Part shown: one piece after another, positions 21,954 to 30,958 of the stretch | Numbering within the stretch: position 1 is the stretch's first letter | How the letters are laid out: each line of letters begins with the position of its first letter | Sequence record: MK250016.1 | Length of the DNA: 32,000 bases | Strand: one strand, 5' to 3' | DNA from: Prevotella phage Lak-A1 | Position numbers and translations under genes: made by a program | The notes under the pieces: model-generated | Databases searched by the model: none | What the model was told of the DNA's origin: nothing | The model's input: the letters and a program-made list of their open reading frames with translations, nothing else

Positions 21954-22781
21954 TTATTGAACCCATGCAGATGCATATCCATTTTCTACTTTTATAATAA
22001 GGACTTCACCATTCAACCATGTATGTTCAAGATCATAACCTTCATCTTCACTTTGCATATCTTTATACTTAGTAAGAATAAAGTTTGTAATCTCTTCAAT
22101 ACTTCCCTTATGATATTCAGATGTATTCAATAATTTCAAATAATCAACATACTCTCTTGCATTCTTCATACAAGAATCAATATCCTTAAAACATGTAGTA
22201 TCTATATATTCATTATTTCTATTAATAATAGATGCAACAACACCATTAGCTAACAATTTAGAGATATTAGTAATATCCTCAAGTTTTTCGAGTTTTTCAA
22301 ATTCATATTTTAACATATGTTCTGAATCACTATCTCTATAACGTTTAATATTAAGAGTTACTGAATTCCACGTATCTACCCATGTTTTAATTGCATCTTC
22401 AATATATCCACCAAAATCATTATCACCAAATTCAAAGGTAATCATGAAACTCTTATCAATAATATTATTATCACTAAGTTCATATGGATCACCTTTAAAT
22501 TTATGTCCTTGATATAAACCATCCAAATAAGCAGTTGATATAAGATTATTAATATCTGACATTAAAGAAGGCATGAATGTTTCTTTTTTATCTTCTGATA
22601 TATCATCAAGTACAATAGATGTATCAATAATAGCTTCTATATGCTTCTTGTTATCTTTGATATATTGATTTGCAAAATCAACAAACTTCTTTCCGTATAC
22701 ATCAATATTCATCTTATTTACACCCTCTGCTAAAGTTTCATTAAGATTTTCTAATTCTTTCTTTATATCTACTTTTTCCAT
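21954..22781 (-). CDS. Hypothetical protein
   Basis: 275-aa ORF, TAA stop. Confidence 0.75.
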   Translation of the reverse strand: MEKVDIKKELENLNETLAEGVNKMNIDVYGKKFVDFANQYIKDNKKHIEAIIDTSIVLDDISEDKKETFMPSLMSDINNLISTAYLDGLYQGHKFKGDPYELSDNNIIDKSFMITFEFGDNDFGGYIEDAIKTWVDTWNSVTLNIKRYRDSDSEHMLKYEFEKLEKLEDITNISKLLANGVVASIINRNNEYIDTTCFKDIDSCMKNAREYVDYLKLLNTSEYHKGSIEEITNFILTKYKDMQSEDEGYDLEHTWLNGEVLIIKVENGYASAWVQ

Positions 22782-22800
22782 AATAAATTTTATTTAAATA

Positions 22801-23736
22801 TTACATTGATCCATCATTTGGCTGCAAACACATAATACCATGTTCTCTCCACATTTTTACTACTTTTGAAGAATCTTCCAAAACAAATAATACATTATAA
22901 TATGGTTCAATAAATGTTTTATATAGGTTATACTTACAATCTGGACCCTTTGTAAAATTCTTGTATGGTCTCATCATAACCATATCTACATCACCATCCA
23001 AATTATTTTTTAACCATGTTTCAGTTGCTTTTCGTATATCAGGTGTATCTTCTCTACCTGTTAAAATAATAACTTTTACATTATCATCTTTAATATACTT
23101 ATTAACTAACTTACAAATTTGTTCACATGGTACATCATTTGTCATTGTATCAGAAGCGCCATTACCATAAAATGGTCTACCTTGTAAATTAAAACAAAGT
23201 GTTGCATCCATATCTACAAGAATACAATCTTTCTTATCCTTATCATATGGAACAAAACTGTTATATTGCTTCTTATTAAGCTCTGTTGCTATAAAATTTC
23301 TATATTGTCTATATGTTCTCTTAATAACAGATTCTCCAATTGGATTTGTTCTCATTGAATCTCGCCTAATACACTCTTCAACTGAAACATCAAAGAAATC
23401 TTTAAATACAAGTTCATATTGATATTTAGTATGTGTATTATTATAATTATCAATTCTATCCTGCATTTCTTTCCAACCCTTTGGATTAAGGTTCATATTA
23501 TCCATAATAATATTTAAACCGTTTTCCATTGATGATTTAAAAAATGCATCTGTCATTTCTTTAATAATGTTTAATTTTTCTCTTTCCTCTACCCAATACT
23601 GTCCAAACATATTTCTAAGAGAATCCCAATTAATTCTAATTCGTTCTGTTGGTTTTTCCTTTGCCCATTGTTCTGCATAAGTTGACTTTCCAGAAGCTTG
23701 AATTCCCCTTGTTAATATAATTTCTCTTTTTTCCAT
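22801..23736 (-). CDS. pseT: Bifunctional polynucleotide 5'-kinase/3'-phosphatase
   Basis: N-terminal P-loop ILTRGIQASGKST. C-terminal HAD phosphatase motifs ILVDMDATLCF, VIILTGREDTPDIRKATETWL and VLFVLEDSSKVVKMWREHG. Confidence 0.92.
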   Translation of the reverse strand: MEKREIILTRGIQASGKSTYAEQWAKEKPTERIRINWDSLRNMFGQYWVEEREKLNIIKEMTDAFFKSSMENGLNIIMDNMNLNPKGWKEMQDRIDNYNNTHTKYQYELVFKDFFDVSVEECIRRDSMRTNPIGESVIKRTYRQYRNFIATELNKKQYNSFVPYDKDKKDCILVDMDATLCFNLQGRPFYGNGASDTMTNDVPCEQICKLVNKYIKDDNVKVIILTGREDTPDIRKATETWLKNNLDGDVDMVMMRPYKNFTKGPDCKYNLYKTFIEPYYNVLFVLEDSSKVVKMWREHGIMCLQPNDGSM

Positions 23737-23759
23737 TATTCTTTTCTAATTTTATTTAC

Positions 23760-23776
23760 AATACAAAGATACATAT
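23760..23776 (-). promoter_or_regulatory. Bacteroidota-type -7 promoter element (TATCTTTG) upstream of pseT
   Basis: AATACAAAGATACATAT on plus, 27 nt upstream of the 23736 start. Confidence 0.6.
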
Positions 23777-23821
23777 ATTTTTCCTAAATAAAAAATATAA
23801 ATCTAATTATTTTCCTAAAAA

Positions 23822-24034
23822 TTATTCATTATCCATAGACATTCCTATAGTTGCATTTCTCATACAATCTAAATAACCTTTCATATATAATGATTTCATA
23901 TGTTCATGTAACTTCTTTAATTTATCCGGTATGTCTGTTTTTATATCTTCTGAAATTTTATCATCACCAAATAAAGATATAAGTGAAACTCTTGATTTAT
24001 GATCAGCAATATTTTTTAATTTTTCTATATTCAT
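23822..24034 (-). CDS. Small hypothetical protein
   Basis: 70-aa ORF. Confidence 0.55.
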   Translation of the reverse strand: MNIEKLKNIADHKSRVSLISLFGDDKISEDIKTDIPDKLKKLHEHMKSLYMKGYLDCMRNATIGMSMDNE

Positions 24035-24045
24035 ATTTTAAATTA

Positions 24046-24741
24046 TTATAAGTTAGACAAGACTAAACCTAAACAATATTCGTTATTAATATCACAAATA
24101 AATTTACTAAGTTTACCTTTTAATATTTCAGCGTTTATTTCAAATTCTTCTAATATCTCTTTTTCTTTCTTTATAGTATTAATATCAGTTTCTTTCAAAT
24201 AACTATAAGTATCTTTAGTTTTAAAATTAATATTAGATATTGTATCATTTCTGATAGAATTTATAATTAACATTACAGATAACTCATATGTATCTTCATT
24301 TAATGCTGAACCATGATAACCACATATACCTTTATTTTTCAGTTCAAAAAATACAGGTCCATAACAGTATTTTCCTTCATGTACAATAGTTCCCAATGAT
24401 TTCAAACCAAATGTCTTACATATATTAAACTTCTTATCAAGATAATCATTAAATAATTTATTAATAAACATCATCTGATATGAAATAAATGTATCAGCAT
24501 TTAATTCTAATTTAAAATGTGTCTTATCTAAAATATCATACATTAAATCTTGTATATTCATATTACCTAATTCTTCTTTATATAAAGATGATAAACACAT
24601 ATATAATCTATGTAATGTTTCTTTAATATCATAATTAATATGAACATTTTTCAATTTATCTTCATAATAATTTAAAATCGATTTATTAATTAATGTTGCT
24701 GCATTATCAATAAAATATTTTCTATTTTCATCATATGTCAT
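24046..24741 (-). CDS. Hypothetical protein
   Basis: 231-aa ORF. Confidence 0.7.
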   Translation of the reverse strand: MTYDENRKYFIDNAATLINKSILNYYEDKLKNVHINYDIKETLHRLYMCLSSLYKEELGNMNIQDLMYDILDKTHFKLELNADTFISYQMMFINKLFNDYLDKKFNICKTFGLKSLGTIVHEGKYCYGPVFFELKNKGICGYHGSALNEDTYELSVMLIINSIRNDTISNINFKTKDTYSYLKETDINTIKKEKEILEEFEINAEILKGKLSKFICDINNEYCLGLVLSNL

Positions 24742-24755
24742 ATAATTTAAAAAAA

Positions 24756-24953
24756 TTATTTTTCTTTCATTCGTCTTAAGATATGTTTAGGTTCTGTATA
24801 ATAAAAATAATCTTTTGTATTATCATCGATAATATTAAGATTGTATAATGCTTGTGAAAACCTTATATCTTTATATGTAGTGAGATATTTCTTCAGTATA
24901 TCTAATATTTCCATATTAGCCTTATATCTCTCAAATGTTTCTTTATCTTCCAT
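24756..24953 (-). CDS. Small hypothetical protein
   Basis: 65-aa ORF, directly abutting the downstream gene. Confidence 0.55.
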   Translation of the reverse strand: MEDKETFERYKANMEILDILKKYLTTYKDIRFSQALYNLNIIDDNTKDYFYYTEPKHILRRMKEK

Positions 24954-25352
24954 TTAAAATAACGGATTAATTTTTATTTCATCTGTTTTAGAATATTCAG
25001 TTACATTTAATCTCAATGTTTCATTTAACCATTCTGCAATTAAATGTCTATGACAAAATTCATCTGGTTTTTCAAAACAACATAATGCACAGTCATTTCC
25101 ACTTGATATAAATTTAATTCTATCTACAAATATAGATGGATCTTTAAATAAAGATAAAACTTCATTTTTATATCGTTTTCTGAATTCCTGATGATTAGAT
25201 CTACAGTTATTTAATATATCAGGTGTAGGAGCAATTGCTATTAAATTAGGTCCATGAAAATCTTTTGGTGGATAACAGCATATTCCTATTGGAACTATAT
25301 TATTCTCTTTTAATTTCTTTAGATTTCCAAAATAACTCGTATATATCTTCAT
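24954..25352 (-). CDS. DUF488-like protein
   Basis: CALCCFEKPDEFCHRHLIAEWL matches the C-terminal CHR-type signature I associate with DUF488. Confidence 0.7.
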   Translation of the reverse strand: MKIYTSYFGNLKKLKENNIVPIGICCYPPKDFHGPNLIAIAPTPDILNNCRSNHQEFRKRYKNEVLSLFKDPSIFVDRIKFISSGNDCALCCFEKPDEFCHRHLIAEWLNETLRLNVTEYSKTDEIKINPLF

Positions 25353-25355
25353 ATA

Positions 25356-25571
25356 TTATTTAAAAATATCTTCTAATTTTTTATATTCATCTTTTGATAT
25401 ATCATATTTAACAACTGAAGATGAATGAGCAGAACTCAAAGTATTACAAGTATCTATATGGTAAGAATTATCATATCTATCAAGATAAAAACGTACTATA
25501 CATGAAATATTAATATAACCTGCACTTTTTGTATATATAAATTTTGTCTTATTATTCTTTAACTTTATCAT
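25356..25571 (-). CDS. Small hypothetical protein
   Basis: 71-aa ORF. Confidence 0.55.
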   Translation of the reverse strand: MIKLKNNKTKFIYTKSAGYINISCIVRFYLDRYDNSYHIDTCNTLSSAHSSSVVKYDISKDEYKKLEDIFK

Positions 25572-25631
25572 AGTATAAAAACATTATTATATATTTTTTA
25601 TATAATATTAAATTGATTTTGTTTAATATAA

Positions 25632-25955
25632 ATGGCAGGTTTTGTATATCTTATTTGTAACCCTGATTAGAATTGTTATAAAATCGGAGTAACAAGGGAT
25701 TTAGCATAGAAACGATTAAAATAGTTATAGACAGGAAATTCATCAAAATTACATATAGTTCATTCTGTATATAGTGAATATCCATTTAGGTTAGAATCTA
25801 TGTTACATAAAACATTTGATTCAAAACGTTCTGAAGGTGAATGGTTTAATTTAGAATAGAAGGATGTAATTAATTTTAAAGATATATGTAATGAAAAAAT
25901 TAATATTATTAATATTATGAAAGATAATCCATTCTTTAATAAAGATTTAAAATGA
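25632..25955 (+). CDS. GIY-YIG family nuclease (T5orf172/MUG113-like), TAG-recoded (107 aa)
   Basis: MAGFVYLICNPDQNCYKIGVTRDLAQKRLKQLQTGNSSKLHIVHSVYSEYPFRLESMLHKTFDSKRSEGEWFNLEQKDVINFKDICNEKINIINIMKDNPFFNKDLK; 5 in-frame TAGs; stop TGA. Confidence 0.85.
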
Positions 25956-25998
25956 ATAAAGGTGATATAAGTTATTGGATTCTTATATCACCTTTATT
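25955..25998. terminator. Bidirectional terminator between convergent genes
   Basis: AATAAAGGTGATATAAG / CTTATATCACCTTTATT 17-bp stem, followed by TTTT on plus. Confidence 0.85.
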
Positions 25999-26000
25999 TT

Positions 26001-26267
26001 TTACTTGTTTAATTCTTTATTTAATTCAATCATTTCATCTTCAGATAATTCATGTAAATTAATGAAATTATCTATATCTAATAATCCATATTTCAGCATA
26101 TATGCAATTGTCATTCTTACGGCATAATCTGCAACATCATATGTAGATGCAATTTCCATATTAGATAAATCTGGATTTTGTAATGTTATTGTTGAAATAT
26201 TATCTGATAAATCATTAATTGCATCCTTTAATGAATTTATCTGGTTATTTGTTAATGTATTACTCAT
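26001..26267 (-). CDS. Small hypothetical protein
   Basis: 88-aa ORF. Confidence 0.6.
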   Translation of the reverse strand: MSNTLTNNQINSLKDAINDLSDNISTITLQNPDLSNMEIASTYDVADYAVRMTIAYMLKYGLLDIDNFINLHELSEDEMIELNKELNK

Positions 26268-26297
26268 TTTATTTTTTATTATAATTTAAATAAAAAA

Positions 26298-26329
26298 GAT
26301 GTTATTAAATTGTGAAATTTAATAACATC
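26298..26329 (-). terminator. Intrinsic terminator at the 3' end of RNA candidate 2
   Basis: GATGTTATTAAA / TTTAATAACATC 12-bp stem, followed on minus by TTTTTTA. Confidence 0.85.
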
Positions 26330-27400
26330 AAGAACTTATGAAAAACTGCTTAAAAATATTCTATTCTTTTTAGGGAATATGTTTTAGATTTTTGTACAAA
26401 CATAAGGTTCTGCCCCTTATGATTCATTTTAACGTTTGCTCGTTATAATGAATGTTCATACTGAACTTTGTTATGTCCATGAGGACAAATGGCTGAGAAC
26501 TTGACCAACACCGACTCTCTATGCTGTAACGTTGGAGTTACATGTTCACACAACTCTTATTTCTAAGAGGTTGAGAGCATACCCACAACTTTTGTGAAAA
26601 ATCGTAAACTCTTACTTGATAGGTTTCATAGAAATTCATTTCATACCAACTTCCTTGGAAGGATTCAATGTGTCCCCACATTTAGCACGATACTACTTTT
26701 ACTATTCTCATGTCTTTCCTTGCGGTACTCGAATCATGTCTACATATTTCAGTAGAATAAGGGTATTTTAACCACCAAGTGTCGCACACTTTTGCTTTTG
26801 TATAATTTATATACTTAAATAATGTAATCCTAATATTATTATTCTTTATATATTATATTTGATTAGACTTGAAAGACGAGGTGCGACCAATAGCATTTCT
26901 TCCTTTTGAGAAGAACCCACTAAATCGCCTTTCTGAATTTACATTGCACCATACAATCATAATTCTACTCTTATAACTTAACTACATATTTCAGTAGTAA
27001 TCTTACCATTTCTGAACAAGTTACCAGCTTGCATAGATTATTTAGTTTATAATCCATATAAGATTCATTATAACAATTAATATCAGCACTGGGAATTGGT
27101 ATTCCGATCACTGAATATCCATAAACATAAACCTATTGTATTACTACTCACATCAGTTGCATATTTCACTTCCAATGTATTTAAACTTCATCTCAGAAAG
27201 TTTTCCCTTGATTTCCCATTCAAACAGGTTATTTATGTTTGGTTTTCTGTAGAATGCTCATTATTCATAAACATCAACCAACATGCCTACTGTTGATTTT
27301 TATCACATCACTGCTTTATCCTTAACTCCACCGAAACCATGGATTCATATTTCAAAGAACTCATTTAAAATGAAATAATCTTCAAATTAAATTTGTTATT
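26298..27400 (-). ncRNA. Candidate large structured RNA 2 (about 1.1 kb)
   Basis: No plausible ORF, visibly less AT-rich than flanks, more than ten local hairpins (for example AUGUG-GGGA-CACAU, GGAAU-ACCA-AUUCC, AAGUGU-GCG-ACACUU, CAUAAGG-N7-CCUUAUG), terminator at the 3' end. Confidence 0.55.
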
Positions 27401-27639
27401 ATTTAGATATTTAACTTAATAACATATATCTATAATATATGTGAAGTTAACCTAAGAAAACTTTATTTAATTTAAATAGAGAAAGATAATTATCTAAATC
27501 TTATCTTTTTTAAGAAATATAATTTAAACTAAATTTTATATACATAATTTATAACTTAAATTCTTCCAATGACTTAAGATATAAACACTTAATAAACATA
27601 CTTAAATTTAATCAAATTATATATTCTTTTATAATTTAA

Positions 27640-27669
27640 ATATTATATAATCTATAATTTAAAAAGTCT
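27640..27669 (-). promoter_or_regulatory. Promoter TAGACT-N18-TATAAT upstream of RNA candidate 2
   Basis: Minus strand TAGACTTTTTTAAATTATAGATTATATAAT. Confidence 0.45.
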
Positions 27670-27859
27670 ATATTTTAATCAAAAAATATTTTATTTTTTT
27701 AATTACTTTATTAACTATATGTGTCTTTATCTTCTTTTAATTGATAAAATATAATTTAATTAAAAACTTAATAATTTAGATTATCAATATGTTTCAAATT
27801 TAAATATTATATATGATAATAGAATAATTGTCTATATTTTATAGAAAAAATTTTAAAAA

Positions 27860-28036
27860 TTATTTTAAACAATATTCTAAATCAAAAATAAAACTCCCTA
27901 ATAATTCAATCTTATGTCTAATAAGTTCTGCTTCAAGATTAAATTTATGTTCTGAACAAAATGATAATTCAGATAATAATTTAGTTCTTTCAGTTTTCCA
28001 CTTATTTATTAAATCATCTTTAGATAACTCTTCCAT
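27860..28036 (-). CDS. Small hypothetical protein (58 aa)
   Basis: MEELSKDDLINKWKTERTKLLSELSFCSEHKFNLEAELIRHKIELLGSFIFDLEYCLK; in tandem with the 28062 gene; more credible than the antisense 27828-28052 plus ORF. Confidence 0.55.
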   Translation of the reverse strand: MEELSKDDLINKWKTERTKLLSELSFCSEHKFNLEAELIRHKIELLGSFIFDLEYCLK

Positions 28037-28061
28037 AATACATTTTCTTTAATCTATTTCA

Positions 28062-28337
28062 TTATTTAATAGTAACTTTAATTTTTGAATCAGTTACTTT
28101 GCCATTAACAACAGTATTTATAGTATCAATAGAAATAGAATCAAGGCTCTTAATAAACATATTAGGTATCTTTACAATTGTATCTACACTATCTCTTATC
28201 TGAATTGAATCTTTAGTAATATTGATAGTATCATGAATAGGTTTATTATTTGTTACATATCTTGGATTAATCCAAAAATACTGAATAGCAACACCTACAA
28301 TAATTCCTATAATAAATGTCCAAAAAATATGTTTCAT
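28062..28337 (-). CDS. Small membrane-anchored protein, possible spanin-like topology
   Basis: N-terminal transmembrane helix FWTFIIGIIVGVAIQYFW, then a polar extracytoplasmic domain. Confidence 0.6.
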   Translation of the reverse strand: MKHIFWTFIIGIIVGVAIQYFWINPRYVTNNKPIHDTINITKDSIQIRDSVDTIVKIPNMFIKSLDSISIDTINTVVNGKVTDSKIKVTIK

Positions 28338-28357
28338 TTTATATTATAAATTAAAAA

Positions 28358-28567
28358 TTAAACTTTATTTATTAAATCAACTAAATCATTATATGTTATC
28401 TCTTCATATTTTGTTTTATTTCTACTAATAAAAATAGGTTTATTTAATGATATATTAACATCTTTTAATATCTCATTCTTATCATTCTCTAAAACATACC
28501 AATGTGTTTGTTTATCTAATATTTTTCCAGAACTTGTCTGTCCTAATCCCAACCGTACTATTGTCAT
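28358..28567 (-). CDS. Small hypothetical protein
   Basis: 69-aa ORF downstream of tandem promoters. Confidence 0.55.
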   Translation of the reverse strand: MTIVRLGLGQTSSGKILDKQTHWYVLENDKNEILKDVNISLNKPIFISRNKTKYEEITYNDLVDLINKV

Positions 28568-28775
28568 ATGAATATAATATTTTTAATATTTGAAAAAATC
28601 TACCTTCAAAAAAGAAAGAAATAAAGAAAAAGTAATCAAAAAGAAAGAACCAAAGAAAAATAATAAAAATAATTTTTAATCAATATTTAATTAGATTTAT
28701 AAATTAGATTTATAAATTAAATTTTTTACATATATTATATATAAATCTATCACAACCTTAAATACTAACATATTT

Positions 28776-28804
28776 ATTATACTAATGTTTTACCAAAAAG
28801 TCTA
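28776..28804 (-). promoter_or_regulatory. Promoter TAGACT-N17-TATAAT (copy 1)
   Basis: TAGACT 28804-28799, 17-nt spacer, TATAAT 28781-28776, followed by AAATATGTTAGTATTTAAGGTTG. Confidence 0.7.
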
Positions 28805-28905
28805 CATTTATCTTAATTATTTTTTAATCGGATTAAAAATAATTTATAACTAATTAATAATCAATAATTTAAATAAATTAATTTTCATATAAATTAATAT
28901 AAAAT

Positions 28906-28948
28906 AAAAATTCAGATCTAAATTACTTAAATTTAAATCTGAATTTTT
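28906..28948 (-). terminator. Terminator between the tandem promoters
   Basis: AAAAATTCAGAT / ATCTGAATTTTT 12-bp stem, then ATTTT on minus. Confidence 0.65.
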
Positions 28949-29013
28949 AACTAATATAAAAAATTAAATATTATATATAAATATCTATCTCAACCTTAAA
29001 TACTAACATATTT

Positions 29014-29042
29014 ATTATACTCAAGTTTCAAGAAAAAGTCTA
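29014..29042 (-). promoter_or_regulatory. Promoter TAGACT-N17-TATAAT (copy 2)
   Basis: TAGACT 29042-29037, 17-nt spacer, TATAAT 29019-29014, followed by the same 23 nt as copy 1. Confidence 0.7.
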
Positions 29043-29102
29043 TTTTTTTACAAAATATTTTTAATAAACACTAAAAATAATTTATAACTAATTGATATAT
29101 AA

Positions 29103-29813
29103 TTATTTAAGGTATTCCATTACATCATTAAATGCTTTATTATATTCATCTTCTGATGAACTCTCTAATTTTTCATAATATATACGTTCCTGTAATATCT
29201 CTTTAATATCTGCATATTCTCGTTTAATATTATATACAGGTTCACCATCAGACCAAGTCTTAACAATAACTCGAGTAATATCTAAATATCCTTTATATAC
29301 ATTATCTAACCCATGAATTTTAATATATTCATATATTGGCATAAATGTTTCTTTTATCAATGATTCTTCATCATCTTTTGAAAGATTCATTTCTTTAATT
29401 TGATTTAGTTTTTCTGTATATTCTGCTTTATGAAATTTAAGCCTTAAGGTTCGATAACGTATATATGATGTCGGAACAATAGGAACTATATTTGTTTCAG
29501 GAAAATCTGAACATAAAGGATAAATTTGATCGAATAACCAAATAATGTATTTGTTATTTACATTAAATTGATATAGATTATAAGATTGACGTTTATCATT
29601 ACTTAACTCCCATAGTTCCTCACTATATGGCATTACTGCAATATAAGTTTCATTCCATATAGAATTATCTAATTTATCGATATGAATACTTCGTTCATTC
29701 GATCTATCTTTATTGATACAATATAATTTTACATCATCAGGAACAAGAATTTTATCTACATATGAATCATATGCAAATCTCCAAATTTTATATTCTTTAT
29801 AGTTTTTATTCAT
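29103..29813 (-). CDS. Hypothetical protein
   Basis: 236-aa ORF. Confidence 0.7.
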   Translation of the reverse strand: MNKNYKEYKIWRFAYDSYVDKILVPDDVKLYCINKDRSNERSIHIDKLDNSIWNETYIAVMPYSEELWELSNDKRQSYNLYQFNVNNKYIIWLFDQIYPLCSDFPETNIVPIVPTSYIRYRTLRLKFHKAEYTEKLNQIKEMNLSKDDEESLIKETFMPIYEYIKIHGLDNVYKGYLDITRVIVKTWSDGEPVYNIKREYADIKEILQERIYYEKLESSSEDEYNKAFNDVMEYLK

Positions 29814-29833
29814 TTTATAGAAATGTTAAATGA

Positions 29834-30202
29834 TTATCTTCCAATAGCATCATCATCTCCCCATCTGTTTTTAATAACATACCCATTTTTATCTACAAAA
29901 CAATTTGCAAATTTAAATAATTGTAAATATGTTATATTATTGGTATCACATGGTAATGAACCATATATTACATAATTACCAGGTTTCATTTCTTCTACAA
30001 TATTACCATATGTTTCTGGATATTTTGGATATGATGCAGTTTTCTTAGCAAATGCAATATTCAATTCAAGAATATGAAGTTTTAATTCAATATTTAAATT
30101 ATCTATTGAATCTGTTTTAATAATATTATTCATTTTATTATTAATTAAAATAATTATAGAAAAATCGAGAAAAATGATATAAAAATACTCAAATTTTCTC
30201 AA
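29834..30202 (-). CDS. Hypothetical protein
   Basis: 122-aa ORF. Confidence 0.6.
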   Translation of the reverse strand: MRKFEYFYIIFLDFSIIILINNKMNNIIKTDSIDNLNIELKLHILELNIAFAKKTASYPKYPETYGNIVEEMKPGNYVIYGSLPCDTNNITYLQLFKFANCFVDKNGYVIKNRWGDDDAIGR

Positions 30203-30288
30203 TTTTTCTTATGTTTTTGATAGTATTTTTCAAACAAGTAGAAGTATACTGTGATACTTTAAAATATTCGTTTTAAGTATCTAAAACG

Positions 30289-30933
30289 TTACTTTGTAGA
30301 ACTGTTAAATTCTGCTCTAACTTTCTCAATTGCATCACACATATTCACCTTCTTACCAGTAGTACGATCTACCTTTGTACAATCGTCATTATTAGTGCCA
30401 TAAATATATACATATGTATCATATGCCTCAGGAAATTCATCTTTTAACTTATTCAATGTTGTAATGTTATTCAATACACAAAGAACTTCTTTGGACCATT
30501 TATTGATTTTATATGCATCCAATATAATTTCACGACATTCTGCATACAACTTAGGATAATGAATCTCTAAATATGTTGCAAGTGGATGATTATCTGATGA
30601 ATAACCATTATGAACATTGAAATTATTATAAAAGTTATTCAGAAGTTTTGACAATTTAAATGCAGGTGCAGAATAATATCTGAAATTACTATCCAATTCG
30701 TTACTTCTAAAAAAGTTATAACCATACATGTTATATTCTCTTGCATTCACATATTGAGGATACTTATCATAAAGATCTTTTACTTCTGTTGGAACTTCAT
30801 TCCAAAGTGCATCTTCAATCTCCTTTGAAATCTTTTCAACTCGATCATCAATTTCCTTACGACGTCTCATAGTCTCCATTCTACGTGAAATAGTCTGACG
30901 CTCATCTTTTGTTAATTTCTTATATGCTACCAT
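30289..30933 (-). CDS. Hypothetical protein
   Basis: 214-aa ORF, charged N-terminal helix. Confidence 0.7.
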   Translation of the reverse strand: MVAYKKLTKDERQTISRRMETMRRRKEIDDRVEKISKEIEDALWNEVPTEVKDLYDKYPQYVNAREYNMYGYNFFRSNELDSNFRYYSAPAFKLSKLLNNFYNNFNVHNGYSSDNHPLATYLEIHYPKLYAECREIILDAYKINKWSKEVLCVLNNITTLNKLKDEFPEAYDTYVYIYGTNNDDCTKVDRTTGKKVNMCDAIEKVRAEFNSSTK

Positions 30934-30958
30934 TTTATCTAATTTTTAAAAATATTTG

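Larger units (their letters stand above)
28834..29093. repeat. Promoter-region duplication, period 238 bp (upstream element)
   Basis: Exact TAAAAATAATTTATAACTAATT at 28834-28855 and 29072-29093, in register with the two promoters 238 bp apart. Confidence 0.75.

Noticed and set aside
27096-27296. Plus-strand 66-aa ORF within RNA candidate 2
   Set aside because: No recognisable motif, wrong strand for the local operon, and embedded in hairpin-rich sequence.
27828-28052. Plus-strand 74-aa ORF
   Set aside because: Antisense to a tandem minus-strand 58-aa ORF (27860-28036) that fits the gene series better.
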